DNA from: Candidatus Saccharimonadales bacterium
GTDB taxonomy: Bacteria; Patescibacteriota; Saccharimonadia; Saccharimonadales; JAYRRP01
Assembly: GCA_041910055.1 (NCBI GenBank)
Contig: JAYRRP010000002.1
Location: forward strand, 21,211 to 85,210
Length of the DNA stretch: 64,000 nt
Direction: 5' to 3'
The notes beneath the pieces are model-generated. The model saw only the letters and a program-made list of their open reading frames with translations, was not told the origin of the DNA and searched no databases. Of this stretch, positions 8,932 through 18,277 are shown one piece after another (the first letter of the stretch is position 1; each line of letters starts with the position of its first letter). Made by a program: the position numbers and the translations under genes.

Positions 8932-10105
8932 AACTGTTCCTTTGTGTGTTTCTTGAAGGACTATAGGTAGTATATCGCGAAATGTTGAACACGACACCAA
9001 TTGCACCAGTGACAAATACCAAGCTTGTTCCCCCGTAACTTATAAATGGCAAAGTAATCCCCTTCAGTGGCAGCAAACCTAACATTGCCCCGATATTAAT
9101 AATTGCTTGTGTGCTAAGCCAGGCAAGAATACCCGTCACGAGCAGCCGTGTATAAATATCCGGCGTCCTCTCAATAATGAACTTTAAGCGCGCAAATAAG
9201 ACAAAAAATAGTGCCAGCAGTGCCGCGCTGCCAATAAATCCAAACTTCTCAGCGTAAATCGCGAAAATTGAGTCGTTAGCCGCTTCTGGGAGGTAGCCAT
9301 AGGCTTGGACACTTCTGGCTAACCCCAAACCAAACATGCCGCCAGAGCCCACTGCAATCAATGCCTGACAGGCTTGATAACCAGAACCTTGACAGTCACG
9401 GGCAGGATTGAGATAGGTTGAGAACCTGTCCCGTCGATAACCGCTAGAAGCAATTGCTAATATGCCTCCCATTAATATTATGCCGCCGACCATAACGACA
9501 CGTTTTAGCGGCAAACCAGCAACAAAAGTCATGACCGCCATCATCGCCGCAATTACTCCCATTGAACCCAAGTCACTCTGAATAACCGCCACAATAACAC
9601 TAATAAGCGCTAATGCAATGAGTAATGGCTTTAACGTCTTTTGTTGATCCGGCAGTTCGTTGTTGCGGATTCTATCAGTTAAAAAACCAGCCAACCATAC
9701 CAGCAGTGCAAATTTAATCAGTTCTGCAGCCTGAAAAGATAGGCCGCCGATTTGAACCCAACGATATGCCCCATTAACCCGTTCACCGAATAGCCTCACC
9801 GCCACGCTCGCTGCAAATGCGGTAATAATTAAAGGTTTCTCCAGGTGACGCCAGGTTCGAATGGGCATATTTGCCATCACGAGAAAAGTTATCGTACCTA
9901 AGCCGATGGCCAACAATTGTTTACCTACATAGTAATTTTCGCTGACATGTTTTTGGGCGCTTAAACCAGGGCTAATAGCGTATACCACAATAAGCCCTAC
10001 TACCAGCAGTGCCAGACATAACAAGACCAACCAATAATCCGGACGATGGCGCCGTTGCAAAACAGAACCGACACCGAGTGGCCGGCGGCTTTGGCCCGGT
10101 CTCAT
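8867..10105 (-). CDS. ftsW: SEDS-family peptidoglycan polymerase FtsW/RodA
   Basis: 412 aa polytopic membrane protein with SEDS-type sequence (GERVNGAYRWVQIGGLSFQAAELIKFAL..., LPLKGITLPFISYGGTS). Located between mraY and murG. Confidence 0.85.
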   Translation of the reverse strand: MRPGQSRRPLGVGSVLQRRHRPDYWLVLLCLALLVVGLIVVYAISPGLSAQKHVSENYYVGKQLLAIGLGTITFLVMANMPIRTWRHLEKPLIITAFAASVAVRLFGERVNGAYRWVQIGGLSFQAAELIKFALLVWLAGFLTDRIRNNELPDQQKTLKPLLIALALISVIVAVIQSDLGSMGVIAAMMAVMTFVAGLPLKRVVMVGGIILMGGILAIASSGYRRDRFSTYLNPARDCQGSGYQACQALIAVGSGGMFGLGLARSVQAYGYLPEAANDSIFAIYAEKFGFIGSAALLALFFVLFARLKFIIERTPDIYTRLLVTGILAWLSTQAIINIGAMLGLLPLKGITLPFISYGGTSLVFVTGAIGVVFNISRYTTYSPSRNTQRNSYDNSPGRRRLRGAYHPTPGGR

Positions 10106-11145
10106 AGGTACTTCCCTATCAAGAACAGCATAAGGCCTAAGACACTACATACCTGGCCAATTACCCAAAAACGCATGGTTACCTTCGTCTCTGGCCAGCC
10201 GCTCGCCTCAAAGTGATGATGAAGAGGTGTAATTTTGAATATCTTCTTCCCTCCCCGTAATTTTTTAGAAATAATCTGTAGTAACGTCGAACCAGCTTCG
10301 GCCACAAATACCAAGCCAATGATAGGCAGCAAGGCCACGGTATCAGTCAGCATGGCCACCACGCCCAGAGCCGTACCAAGTGCAAACGACCCCACGTCAC
10401 CCATGAAAAACCGAGCCGGAAAAATATTAAACCATGTGTATGACAAGAGCGCACCGACTATGGTTAAACAGAATGCGGAGATGCCAAAACGATTCTCAAG
10501 AAAAGCAATCAAGGCATAGACCCCAAAAGCCGTTACCGCCAAGCCGCCAGCCAAGCCGTCAAGCCCATCTGACATGTTCACCGCGTTTGCGCTTGCCACT
10601 ACTACTAAGATAAAAAGCGGAATAATTAGCCATCCGAGATGCAGTGGCCCCCAAAGTGGAATGTGTATGCTATCTACTTCCAATTTATAGTAAAAAAACC
10701 AACCGCCAATAAGTGCGACAAGGGTCGTCAACAAGAGTTTTAATTTTGACGGTAAACCAGCCACACCTATCCCCGTCCCTCTTATATTGATAATGTCGTC
10801 AAGCAAACCCACAGACCCCGCACCTGCAAATGCAGCTAACGGCAACCAGGTTTCTGCTCGGCTAAGATTGGCAATGAGCGTGACAATCGCCACCGCACAT
10901 ACAAAAACGATGCCGGCCATAGTAGGAATGTTGCGAAGGTGTTTTTCGGCATGTAATTTGGCGAACACTTTTGCCGGTTCACCGGTCACCGCGGTAGTCC
11001 GTGGTTTTTTCCACCATTGGTAACGATAGGCGAACGTCGTGTACAGGGGTGTTATGAGCATACTCGTCAAAAATCCCATAAAACCAAGCAAAAGGATACG
11101 GATGACTGTTTGTATCTCGACTGTAATGTGAAGTGTATTTTCCAT
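10102..11145 (-). CDS. mraY: Phospho-N-acetylmuramoyl-pentapeptide transferase MraY
   Basis: 347 aa. Motifs LLDDIINI, NAVNMSDGLDGLAGG, MGDVGSFALG and the HHHFE loop. Confidence 0.92.
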   Translation of the reverse strand: MENTLHITVEIQTVIRILLLGFMGFLTSMLITPLYTTFAYRYQWWKKPRTTAVTGEPAKVFAKLHAEKHLRNIPTMAGIVFVCAVAIVTLIANLSRAETWLPLAAFAGAGSVGLLDDIINIRGTGIGVAGLPSKLKLLLTTLVALIGGWFFYYKLEVDSIHIPLWGPLHLGWLIIPLFILVVVASANAVNMSDGLDGLAGGLAVTAFGVYALIAFLENRFGISAFCLTIVGALLSYTWFNIFPARFFMGDVGSFALGTALGVVAMLTDTVALLPIIGLVFVAEAGSTLLQIISKKLRGGKKIFKITPLHHHFEASGWPETKVTMRFWVIGQVCSVLGLMLFLIGKYL

Positions 11146-11169
11146 TTGTTATTTCTTTCTATTATACCC

Positions 11170-12942
11170 TTAGGGGGTACTAGACGCGATGTTGAAATTA
11201 TCCATTAACATAGAGGACAAAGCCGCAAAAATCGGTGCGGCGGCTTTCGCGCCAGCATAGCCTGCGATGTGCGGTTCATTCACGCGCACCACAATGACAT
11301 ATTTGGGCTTATCACCGCCAACAAACCCCATGAAGGTGCCGTTGAATTTATTGTCATAGTAACCGCCCTCAGGTTTAGTAATTTCAGCAGTGCCGGTTTT
11401 TCCACCTATTAAGTAACCATCCGGTGGTTTTTTCATGCTATAAGCAAGGTAATTTTTTGCTACCACATGCTGCATAAGACCCCTGATTTCTTCACTGGTC
11501 TTAGCTGATACGACCGGTCCGCCCACAACTTGTGGAACCTTCTTAGTTTGCTTGCCCTGGGCATCAGTCACTTTATCCACCAAACGCGGTCGATAATACG
11601 TACCACCGTTTACCAGCGACGATAAGGCTGCGCCTATTTGTAGAGGGGTTGTCAGCATACCCTGGCCGAAAGCCATGTTGGCATACTGGATATTGAGACC
11701 AAAACCATCTTTGGGGTCAGGGATTGATCCAGCCGCCTCATAGCCTTGCTCAATACCAGTTGGCTGGCCAAATCTGTAGTGATTTGTCAGATAGTCATGC
11801 CAAGTTACTCGAGCTTTTTCATTCACGCTACCACCACCTAATTGTTGCAATAAATATACTGCTCCAGTATTTAAAGATAGCTGCAAAATGTCGGCAATAC
11901 TGCGGGTTCCAGCCCCACCATCTTCTTCAATATTAGTTATTTTTTTTCCATCCACCACTACATAACTAGGATCGTAATAAGTAGTACTTTGCTTGACTGC
12001 ACCTTGGTTGAGAGCCGCGGCAGCAGTAAACGGTTTCATAATTGAGCCAACCTCTAAAGGAGCGCTTACCGCTGCATTATTAAAAACTGCCGCATCCTGT
12101 ACTTTATAAAATTCAGAGGGACTGTAAGTAGGATAATTCGCCATTGCCTTCACCGCACCAGTGTCTGCTTCCATAATCAATGCGCTGCCCGATGATGATT
12201 TGGCATTATCCAGACCTGTCTTAAGAATATCTTGGAGCTGGCGTTGCACAGCAATATCAAGAGTAAGCGATACTCGCTGTCCGTTTTGTGGTTGAGTGAT
12301 AATATTATCCTTGTTAGCCACGAGAGGAACTCCTTGGGCATCAGTAATTGCCTTCAGCTGGCCAGGTGTGCCTGCTAACTCCTTTTGTAGGTACTGTTCT
12401 ATCCCATATTTGCCTTCACCATCATCATTCACAAACCCCAGTAATTGTGCCGCTAAATCACCTTGAGGATAAGTTCGCTGGCTGGACTCACGAGTACCTA
12501 GACCTTTTATTTTCAACTCATCCAGCTGTTCATGTTGTTTTTTGTCCAATTTTTTGGCAAGCACCGCGTAACGACTATTCACCCGCATTTTCTGCTCATA
12601 GTCAGCCTTGTTGCCGCCAATTATGTTCGATACTAAATCAGCCGTGTGAGCAGGATCTTTTATATATTTAGGATCAGCAAATAAGATGTACCGCGTTTCG
12701 TTGAGGACAAGCGGCACGGTTTTATCCCCGTCATATACTTCTATTACTCCCCGCTCAGACGGGATTTGATATTCTTTAACCTGTGCTTTCAAAGCCGTTT
12801 GCCGATAGTAGTCGTGGCGAATTACCTGCAAATAGAATAAACGCAGTAAGAAAACTGCGAGAACAAGCAAAACAAGCGCGTACCAAATACGCACTCGCTT
12901 TAATGAACCGATGGTAGCCGGCATTGGTGCTGGCGCTTGCAT
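11170..12942 (-). CDS. ftsI: Class B penicillin-binding protein / FtsI-type transpeptidase
   Basis: 590 aa. N-terminal TM; SxxK (GSIMKPF), SxN (LSLNTG) and KTG (GGKTGTAE). Confidence 0.9.
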   Translation of the reverse strand: MQAPAPMPATIGSLKRVRIWYALVLLVLAVFLLRLFYLQVIRHDYYRQTALKAQVKEYQIPSERGVIEVYDGDKTVPLVLNETRYILFADPKYIKDPAHTADLVSNIIGGNKADYEQKMRVNSRYAVLAKKLDKKQHEQLDELKIKGLGTRESSQRTYPQGDLAAQLLGFVNDDGEGKYGIEQYLQKELAGTPGQLKAITDAQGVPLVANKDNIITQPQNGQRVSLTLDIAVQRQLQDILKTGLDNAKSSSGSALIMEADTGAVKAMANYPTYSPSEFYKVQDAAVFNNAAVSAPLEVGSIMKPFTAAAALNQGAVKQSTTYYDPSYVVVDGKKITNIEEDGGAGTRSIADILQLSLNTGAVYLLQQLGGGSVNEKARVTWHDYLTNHYRFGQPTGIEQGYEAAGSIPDPKDGFGLNIQYANMAFGQGMLTTPLQIGAALSSLVNGGTYYRPRLVDKVTDAQGKQTKKVPQVVGGPVVSAKTSEEIRGLMQHVVAKNYLAYSMKKPPDGYLIGGKTGTAEITKPEGGYYDNKFNGTFMGFVGGDKPKYVIVVRVNEPHIAGYAGAKAAAPIFAALSSMLMDNFNIASSTP

Positions 12943-12958
12943 GGTCTCTTATTATACC

Positions 12959-13306
12959 TCAGTTTTGAATCGTCGAACTGGGCGCAACAGATACAAGTTT
13001 CTTAGCTGGCTCGCTGTTCTTGACCCTATCAAGCGCTTGCAAACGTGCTGAAGCTACTTCAAGCTCTTCATGCTCTTGCTGCAATTGAGCCTGCTGCTGA
13101 GTTAGCTCATTGATTCGATAGCCGTGGGCATTTGTTTTCGTCACCTGAGTGAGATAAAGCATCCCCAAGACGCAGCCTAACACAATAAGCAGCACAATAG
13201 TGCTGATTGGGCCCAAAGTCCGCTCCCGGCTTTGGAAACTAGTAAAATTTTGGTTGCGCTTGGTAAAGCGCTGTCGGCCCATGGCCAACGAACTTGAATA
13301 TGTCAT
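12959..13306 (-). CDS. ftsL: FtsL-like bitopic coiled-coil division protein
   Basis: 115 aa. Short cytoplasmic N-terminus, TM (ISTIVLLIVLGCVLGMLYL), then a Gln/Glu/Leu-rich coiled coil. It occupies the canonical position between rsmH and ftsI. Confidence 0.6.
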   Translation of the reverse strand: MTYSSSLAMGRQRFTKRNQNFTSFQSRERTLGPISTIVLLIVLGCVLGMLYLTQVTKTNAHGYRINELTQQQAQLQQEHEELEVASARLQALDRVKNSEPAKKLVSVAPSSTIQN

Positions 13307-13333
13307 ATATTTTTATGTTTATTTTTATTTTTT

Positions 13334-13358
13334 GCTAGGGGCCAAACTGACCCCTAGC
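13334..13358. other. Stable 8-bp GC hairpin between rsmH and ftsL
   Basis: GCTAGGGG (13334-13341), 9-nt loop, CCCCTAGC (13351-13358). On the coding (minus) strand it is followed by an A-rich tract, not a U-rich one, so it is not a canonical terminator. Confidence 0.5.
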
Positions 13359-13400
13359 CTATTGCCTATCGATATATATTAGAGGACTCTAACACGTACC

Positions 13401-14348
13401 TTATAGGCGCGGGAGGTGCTTTTTACCTGTATTGGCATGACCTTCCCTTCCATTTTTATTTTTCACTGCTGCCCTTAGTTTTGCACTACGGGCACGCGGA
13501 TTAATAGCAACTTCTTTGGCCGAGGGAGTTATCGGTTTAGGGGTGAGTACCGTCAGTACGGCATCATACGCTTTTTTTGCCCCTGTTTGGGCTAGGAAAC
13601 GCTTCACTATCCTATCTTCAAGGCTATGGAAGCTTACGACTGCCAGACGACCTCCAGGTTTCAAGAGCTCAAGCCATAATGGTAAAGCTTTTTCTAACAA
13701 ACCCAATTCGTCATTGACCGCAATTCGCAAGGCCTGAAAAGTGCGGGTGGCTGGATGAAGCTTAGCAGATGTTCCTCGTCGAGGAATTTCCTTGCTTATG
13801 GCCGCCGCCAATTCACTAGTGGTGGAAAATGGCCGCTGCTGGACAATCATCCGGGCAATTTGCCGCGAACGCGGTTCTTCGCCATAGCGCCAGATAAGTT
13901 GTGCCAACTCATCCACTTCATAGCCATTCACGATATCTGCTGCCGTAAAAGATTGCCGCTGGTCCATACGCATATCCAGCGGTCCCTCAAGGCTAATAGC
14001 AAATCCTCGGCTCGATATATTAAGGTGCGGTGACGACACGCCCAAATCTGCCAGGAGCAGATCAAACTGCTGGCCCTGTTCTAACATAGCTTGGCTTGCA
14101 GAGAGAAAATCCTGATGTCGAATAATGACATTACTGCGTGTGAAAGTTGTGTGTAAACTCTCGACAGCTACATCATCACGATCGACTAATACCGCCACAC
14201 CATCTTCGGTGCGAGCCAGTACTGCGTTCGCGTGGCCTCCATACCCTGCCGTCATATCAGCATAAGCTTCATGCGGCTTCGGGTCTAAAAGGCCGAGGAT
14301 TTCTGCCAGCAAGACCGGTTTATGTTTGTTTTTGTTTTCTTGGGACAT
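13401..14348 (-). CDS. rsmH: 16S rRNA (cytosine1402-N4)-methyltransferase RsmH (MraW)
   Basis: Motifs HKPVLLAEIL, DMTAGYGGH, LADLGVSSPHL, SFHSLEDRIVK. The track ORF starts at GTG 14381; I prefer ATG 14348 (MSQENKNKHKPV), but the start is uncertain. Confidence 0.9.
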   Translation of the reverse strand: MSQENKNKHKPVLLAEILGLLDPKPHEAYADMTAGYGGHANAVLARTEDGVAVLVDRDDVAVESLHTTFTRSNVIIRHQDFLSASQAMLEQGQQFDLLLADLGVSSPHLNISSRGFAISLEGPLDMRMDQRQSFTAADIVNGYEVDELAQLIWRYGEEPRSRQIARMIVQQRPFSTTSELAAAISKEIPRRGTSAKLHPATRTFQALRIAVNDELGLLEKALPLWLELLKPGGRLAVVSFHSLEDRIVKRFLAQTGAKKAYDAVLTVLTPKPITPSAKEVAINPRARSAKLRAAVKNKNGREGHANTGKKHLPRL

Positions 14349-14683
14349 ATCTTTTGATGCTTTTTGTTTTTGCAAGGTCACCTAACCAGCAGTCAGCTTT
14401 TTGTTTTTTTGATTGTTTTTGTTTTTGTTGTTTTTTGTAGCTTAAGCCTTAATTGAGAAAAGTATGGGTAAGTCAAGATTTGATATCTTGAAACACTTTT
14501 TTCAGGTTCAAACTACATTTGAGAGACTTATGTGTGAGGTGGAGTTTTGGGAGGTGTTTTTTGGGTAAGGTACTAGGGTTTTGAAGGTGGTTGCCCTCGT
14601 GCCACCTGCTGACTGCCGATTAGCTGACCTCGCGCCGAATGATGTCTCGCGTAGTCTTTGGCTAATATTTGTTAAGGTACTCC

Positions 14684-15037
14684 TTAGGCTGCCACCAGGC
14701 GCCAGTATCGTCCTGCTCGCACCGCTTTGATGTTACGGTTGATACCGGCATAGTCGAGTAAGTGCTGTTCGAGCACAACCCTTCCCTGTTTTTGGTCGAG
14801 TGGCGCTTCGTACTTGCCGGTCCGAAACTGGACGTTTAAATCGGCAGTCTTTTCGTTGAGGATATCGCCCTTAAGTTGTGGCTCAACTTCCTCATCCCAC
14901 ACCGATTTAGGGTAAAGGTGCAAGTAATCTTGAAAACCACGGCTGACAACTACCCCGCTCGCAAATTCTTTTCTAAGCTCGACTGGTATGGTTAACCGCC
15001 GCTTATCATCAAGCCTGCGCTCAAAATAATCGACCAC
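14684..15037 (-). CDS. mraZ: Transcriptional regulator MraZ (short, divergent form)
   Basis: 117 aa. Two SpoVT/AbrB-type half-sites: RRLDDKRRLTIPVELRKEF and PLDQKQGRVVLEQHLLDYAGI. It is the first gene of the dcw cluster. Confidence 0.7.
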   Translation of the reverse strand: MVDYFERRLDDKRRLTIPVELRKEFASGVVVSRGFQDYLHLYPKSVWDEEVEPQLKGDILNEKTADLNVQFRTGKYEAPLDQKQGRVVLEQHLLDYAGINRNIKAVRAGRYWRLVAA

Positions 15038-15104
15038 CGTGCTCTCCTGTTTACTGATAGTGGTTTTTGTTTTTTCGCGGTGTATCCTGAGCTAGCCGCT
15101 CGGC

Positions 15105-15152
15105 TACCCACGATTACCCACTGCCATGAATATACTACCCACAGCTACCCAC
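15105..15152 (-). promoter_or_regulatory. Four phased GTGGGTA direct repeats: candidate MraZ operator
   Basis: On the plus strand, TACCCAC occurs at 15105-15111, 15115-15121, 15136-15142 and 15146-15152. This is GTGGGTA on the mraZ strand, with spacings of 10, 21 and 10 bp. The array lies 68-115 bp upstream of the mraZ start. Confidence 0.6.
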
Positions 15153-15256
15153 AAGCAAGCATTTTTTATTGTAAAAAAACAAATACTCGCCTAGTTTTCC
15201 ACAAAACATCCTGTGCGATGCCTTACTACACAACATATAGCGGTCTGGTGATAAGG

Positions 15257-15631
15257 CTACTCCCTATCGGATGATGGAGTGGGAGTCCTGGGAACATGCA
15301 GTTCTTCACCAATTTGCAAGCCAGGTTTGCCATCTGCTGCGGCTTGCCGGTTTAATTCCTCAAGCATAGGATCAATATTTTCCTTGGAGCCGACAGCTTC
15401 GCGGGCTATACCCCACTGTGTATCACCAGGTTTGGCAACCACGGTGCGGAAATGTGCTTCACTCTCAGGGTTACCGGGTTGATAGTGCTCAACTGGTGCG
15501 CCATTAACTCGCTCTGACCAATTCGAAGCAGCTTTGCCGACGCCCAGCAATGCAGCGCCAGCCATACCAGCAGCTATAAGCCGACGGGCATGGTAATTTG
15601 GTTGGTTTGAATTTTTATTTTTTTCTTGCAT
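15257..15631 (-). CDS. Membrane-anchored LysM-domain protein
   Basis: 124 aa. N-terminal TM/signal anchor (LIAAGMAGAALLGV) and a C-terminal LysM (TVVAKPGDTQWGIAREAV...LQIGEELHVP). Confidence 0.7.
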   Translation of the reverse strand: MQEKNKNSNQPNYHARRLIAAGMAGAALLGVGKAASNWSERVNGAPVEHYQPGNPESEAHFRTVVAKPGDTQWGIAREAVGSKENIDPMLEELNRQAAADGKPGLQIGEELHVPRTPTPSSDRE

Positions 15632-15655
15632 AACATAAGCACTATACCAAGGATT

Positions 15656-16945
15656 TTAATTTTTGTCAATTACATTGCCCGCGTGCTCTAGCCGTTTTAT
15701 CTTATCAGCAAACCATTTTGCGCTTGGTCGCACCCGGCGTGTCATATTATCCCCCCGCTCAACCGCAACCAGGCCAAACTTCGGCCACCAGCCATACGAC
15801 CACTCAAAATTATCCAGTAAGCTCCAATGAAAGTATCCCCTCAAGTCCACCCCTTCACTCAGTGCTCTTTCCATCGCTACAATAGTTTCCTCTATCCACC
15901 ACTGGCGATACTGGTCACTTTCATCTGCTACCCCATTTTCTGTTATAAAGATCGGTTTTTTGTATCTTATCCAAGTTCTTAATAATAACGGGTAGAGTCC
16001 TTCGGGTTCCATATACCACCCGAGATCATTCACTGGCAGACGTGGGTTTTCCCGTTTGAAAAGACCAGTATAATAATCGGTGAAATAGTAGTTAAAGCCA
16101 ACGAAGTCCTGTTGTTTTCGGATGCGCCGTAAAAACCACCAATTCCAGAAATAACGCATCAATTTCGTAGAAACTTCGTCCAAGACGTTATGCGGCCGTT
16201 TGGCCTGTATATTCGCCAGCTGTGCAGCCACACCGACCTGCAGATGCGGATTTTTGTGTTTGAGAATCCTATAAGCCTGGCGATGAGCGCTAACTAAATT
16301 TACATAAACTCTTATGAAGCTCAGCCAGCTCTTTTCTTGTGGTGGCCACTGACCATTCAAATAGCCAAAGCTGGCATAGACATTCGGCTCATTGAGCGTA
16401 ATACAAAATTGGACCGAATCAGCAAATTCATCTGCAATTTTCTGGACAAACCGTTTCCAGTCAGCTAGGTTGGTACGCTTCTTAAAACCACCTTTGTCAG
16501 CAAACCATGTCGGTAACGTCCAGTGCCAAAGATTCAGAAATGGCTCCATACCCTGTTTCTTTAACTCAGCGATATAATCACGATAGTGCTGAATGGCTGC
16601 TTCATTCCATTGGCCCGCCTCCGGCTCGATTCGTGACCATTCAATGCCAAACCGAAAGGCATTAAAGTTTAGTGACTCAGCAAGTTCGAAATCACTTTTA
16701 TAGTGCTTGTAGTGTCCAATGCCGTGTCCTGAAACGTAGTTAGCGGGGGTAGTTGCCTGGGTTTTTACTTTTTCCCAGTCAGGCAGCCAATCAAGTCGAT
16801 GTGGCGCCGTTTTGGCCAGCTCGCTAGCATGAGCCAGCTCCCATACCGTCCATTGGTTATCACACCCGCCCTCCACTTGATGGCTGGCAGTACTCACTCC
16901 CCAGTAGAATTTTTTTGGAAATATATTTTTTGTCACCTTGGTCAT
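15656..16945 (-). CDS. Glycoside hydrolase family 1 beta-glucosidase
   Basis: 429 aa. GH1 signatures FYWGVSTASHQVEGG, acid/base TLNEPN, nucleophile ITENG. Confidence 0.9.
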   Translation of the reverse strand: MTKVTKNIFPKKFYWGVSTASHQVEGGCDNQWTVWELAHASELAKTAPHRLDWLPDWEKVKTQATTPANYVSGHGIGHYKHYKSDFELAESLNFNAFRFGIEWSRIEPEAGQWNEAAIQHYRDYIAELKKQGMEPFLNLWHWTLPTWFADKGGFKKRTNLADWKRFVQKIADEFADSVQFCITLNEPNVYASFGYLNGQWPPQEKSWLSFIRVYVNLVSAHRQAYRILKHKNPHLQVGVAAQLANIQAKRPHNVLDEVSTKLMRYFWNWWFLRRIRKQQDFVGFNYYFTDYYTGLFKRENPRLPVNDLGWYMEPEGLYPLLLRTWIRYKKPIFITENGVADESDQYRQWWIEETIVAMERALSEGVDLRGYFHWSLLDNFEWSYGWWPKFGLVAVERGDNMTRRVRPSAKWFADKIKRLEHAGNVIDKN

Positions 16946-16961
16946 TATTATACTTGAGCTA

Positions 16962-17495
16962 TCAGCTCTCTTCTAAACATAAAGGCATTGAAGTAATACT
17001 GACAAGATTATTATTGAGCGGCAAGACTAGCTGGTCATAAAGCCCAGCGATACCGTGTAAGCTGCTGAGCGATTCAGGCTGACCATCAAATATCTCCGGC
17101 AAAAGTGGCTCAACCACTAACCCAAGACCATTTTGGTACCACGTTGCTTCACTAGTTGACCACGACGATGGCGTGTGAGCAGGTAGTTGCTCTAAAAACG
17201 GGGTGGGCACAATGGTCATTAATTCTCCAAAACCTGTTATCTCATGAACAATGGCGGCATCCGTAGAAGCATTTTCCATCGCATATAAACCACTAAAGAA
17301 AAGCAGACGTTCCCCAAGAGTCTGGTGCGCATAGTCAGAAGCTGTTGAGACCATAACTACTTCGGCTTCCACCACACCCGCAAACGAAGCATTGACTTCA
17401 AAGTAATCCCTTGCCATGTTCTCAAGTTCCGATAGGTCATGCGCGTCCTGCAAAAGCGCAACCTCTAGTGACATTGCCTCCATAATTAACCTCAT
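16962..17495 (-). CDS. Hypothetical acidic protein (177 aa)
   Basis: Uninterrupted ORF in a tight co-directional gene array. No motif recognised. Confidence 0.5.
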   Translation of the reverse strand: MRLIMEAMSLEVALLQDAHDLSELENMARDYFEVNASFAGVVEAEVVMVSTASDYAHQTLGERLLFFSGLYAMENASTDAAIVHEITGFGELMTIVPTPFLEQLPAHTPSSWSTSEATWYQNGLGLVVEPLLPEIFDGQPESLSSLHGIAGLYDQLVLPLNNNLVSITSMPLCLEES

Positions 17496-17565
17496 TATAC
17501 CGTATGTTCAATAGTGGTATTGTGCCAGGTTGCCTGCCAAGATAATTGTCAATTATTTTGGGTAT

Positions 17566-18231
17566 TCACTCTACAAAATAATCAGACCAATTACTCCAGA
17601 TATCTTCTGTTTTAGGGAGAAATGTTGCGGCTACTAATTGTGGAAATTTGCTGGCCATTTGAACATCATAATTTTTCTTAAACCATTCGTACATTGTCAT
17701 GCGATCGGCAACATCATTACTATCAGTAAACAAATATTGCAAATTTGGAGTGATAGCTCTTGGCACGAGCAAACCGCAAACCGCTGCCTTATTAACCGCT
17801 GGTTTGTATAACGCAACCGCAGCAACTGTACGCAACGAATTTTCTGCTACAATCTCACTCGTTTGCTGACGCAATCTCGCCATAATGTCCTGCTCATTAA
17901 TCTCTGCCGCTCTTGTTTGGTACGGGGTGATTAATCGGTCATACCCTTCTATAAAATCCTCTTGCAGCTGGGTAAAATTTTGAGGATGAGTATCGCCAGG
18001 TGCAAATATAATTTTTTGAGTAATGTTATATCTATCACCTCTTAGGTTATTTATATACGCCGCGCCTAAGATCGGGCGGGGATACAATTTCAGTGTTGAA
18101 TACACCTCAGGTTTTATACCTTCAAAATTAAAACGCTCGAGCTCTCTTGTTTCGATTAGAACTTCCTGCAAACTTTTGCGCTCAAGATTCGGAGTGATAT
18201 CAATAACATTATTTTCTGGAAAGTATTCCAT
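17566..18231 (-). CDS. Hypothetical protein (221 aa)
   Basis: Uninterrupted ORF. No motif recognised. Confidence 0.5.
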   Translation of the reverse strand: MEYFPENNVIDITPNLERKSLQEVLIETRELERFNFEGIKPEVYSTLKLYPRPILGAAYINNLRGDRYNITQKIIFAPGDTHPQNFTQLQEDFIEGYDRLITPYQTRAAEINEQDIMARLRQQTSEIVAENSLRTVAAVALYKPAVNKAAVCGLLVPRAITPNLQYLFTDSNDVADRMTMYEWFKKNYDVQMASKFPQLVAATFLPKTEDIWSNWSDYFVE

Positions 18232-18277
18232 ATATCGCCTGCCAATCTCGTTTCTCGTGCGTCCTTATTTAATCAAG

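Noticed and set aside
8932-9015. Upstream extension of the murG ORF
   Set aside because: The canonical MurG N-terminus starts at ATG 8931. The extension lies inside ftsW.
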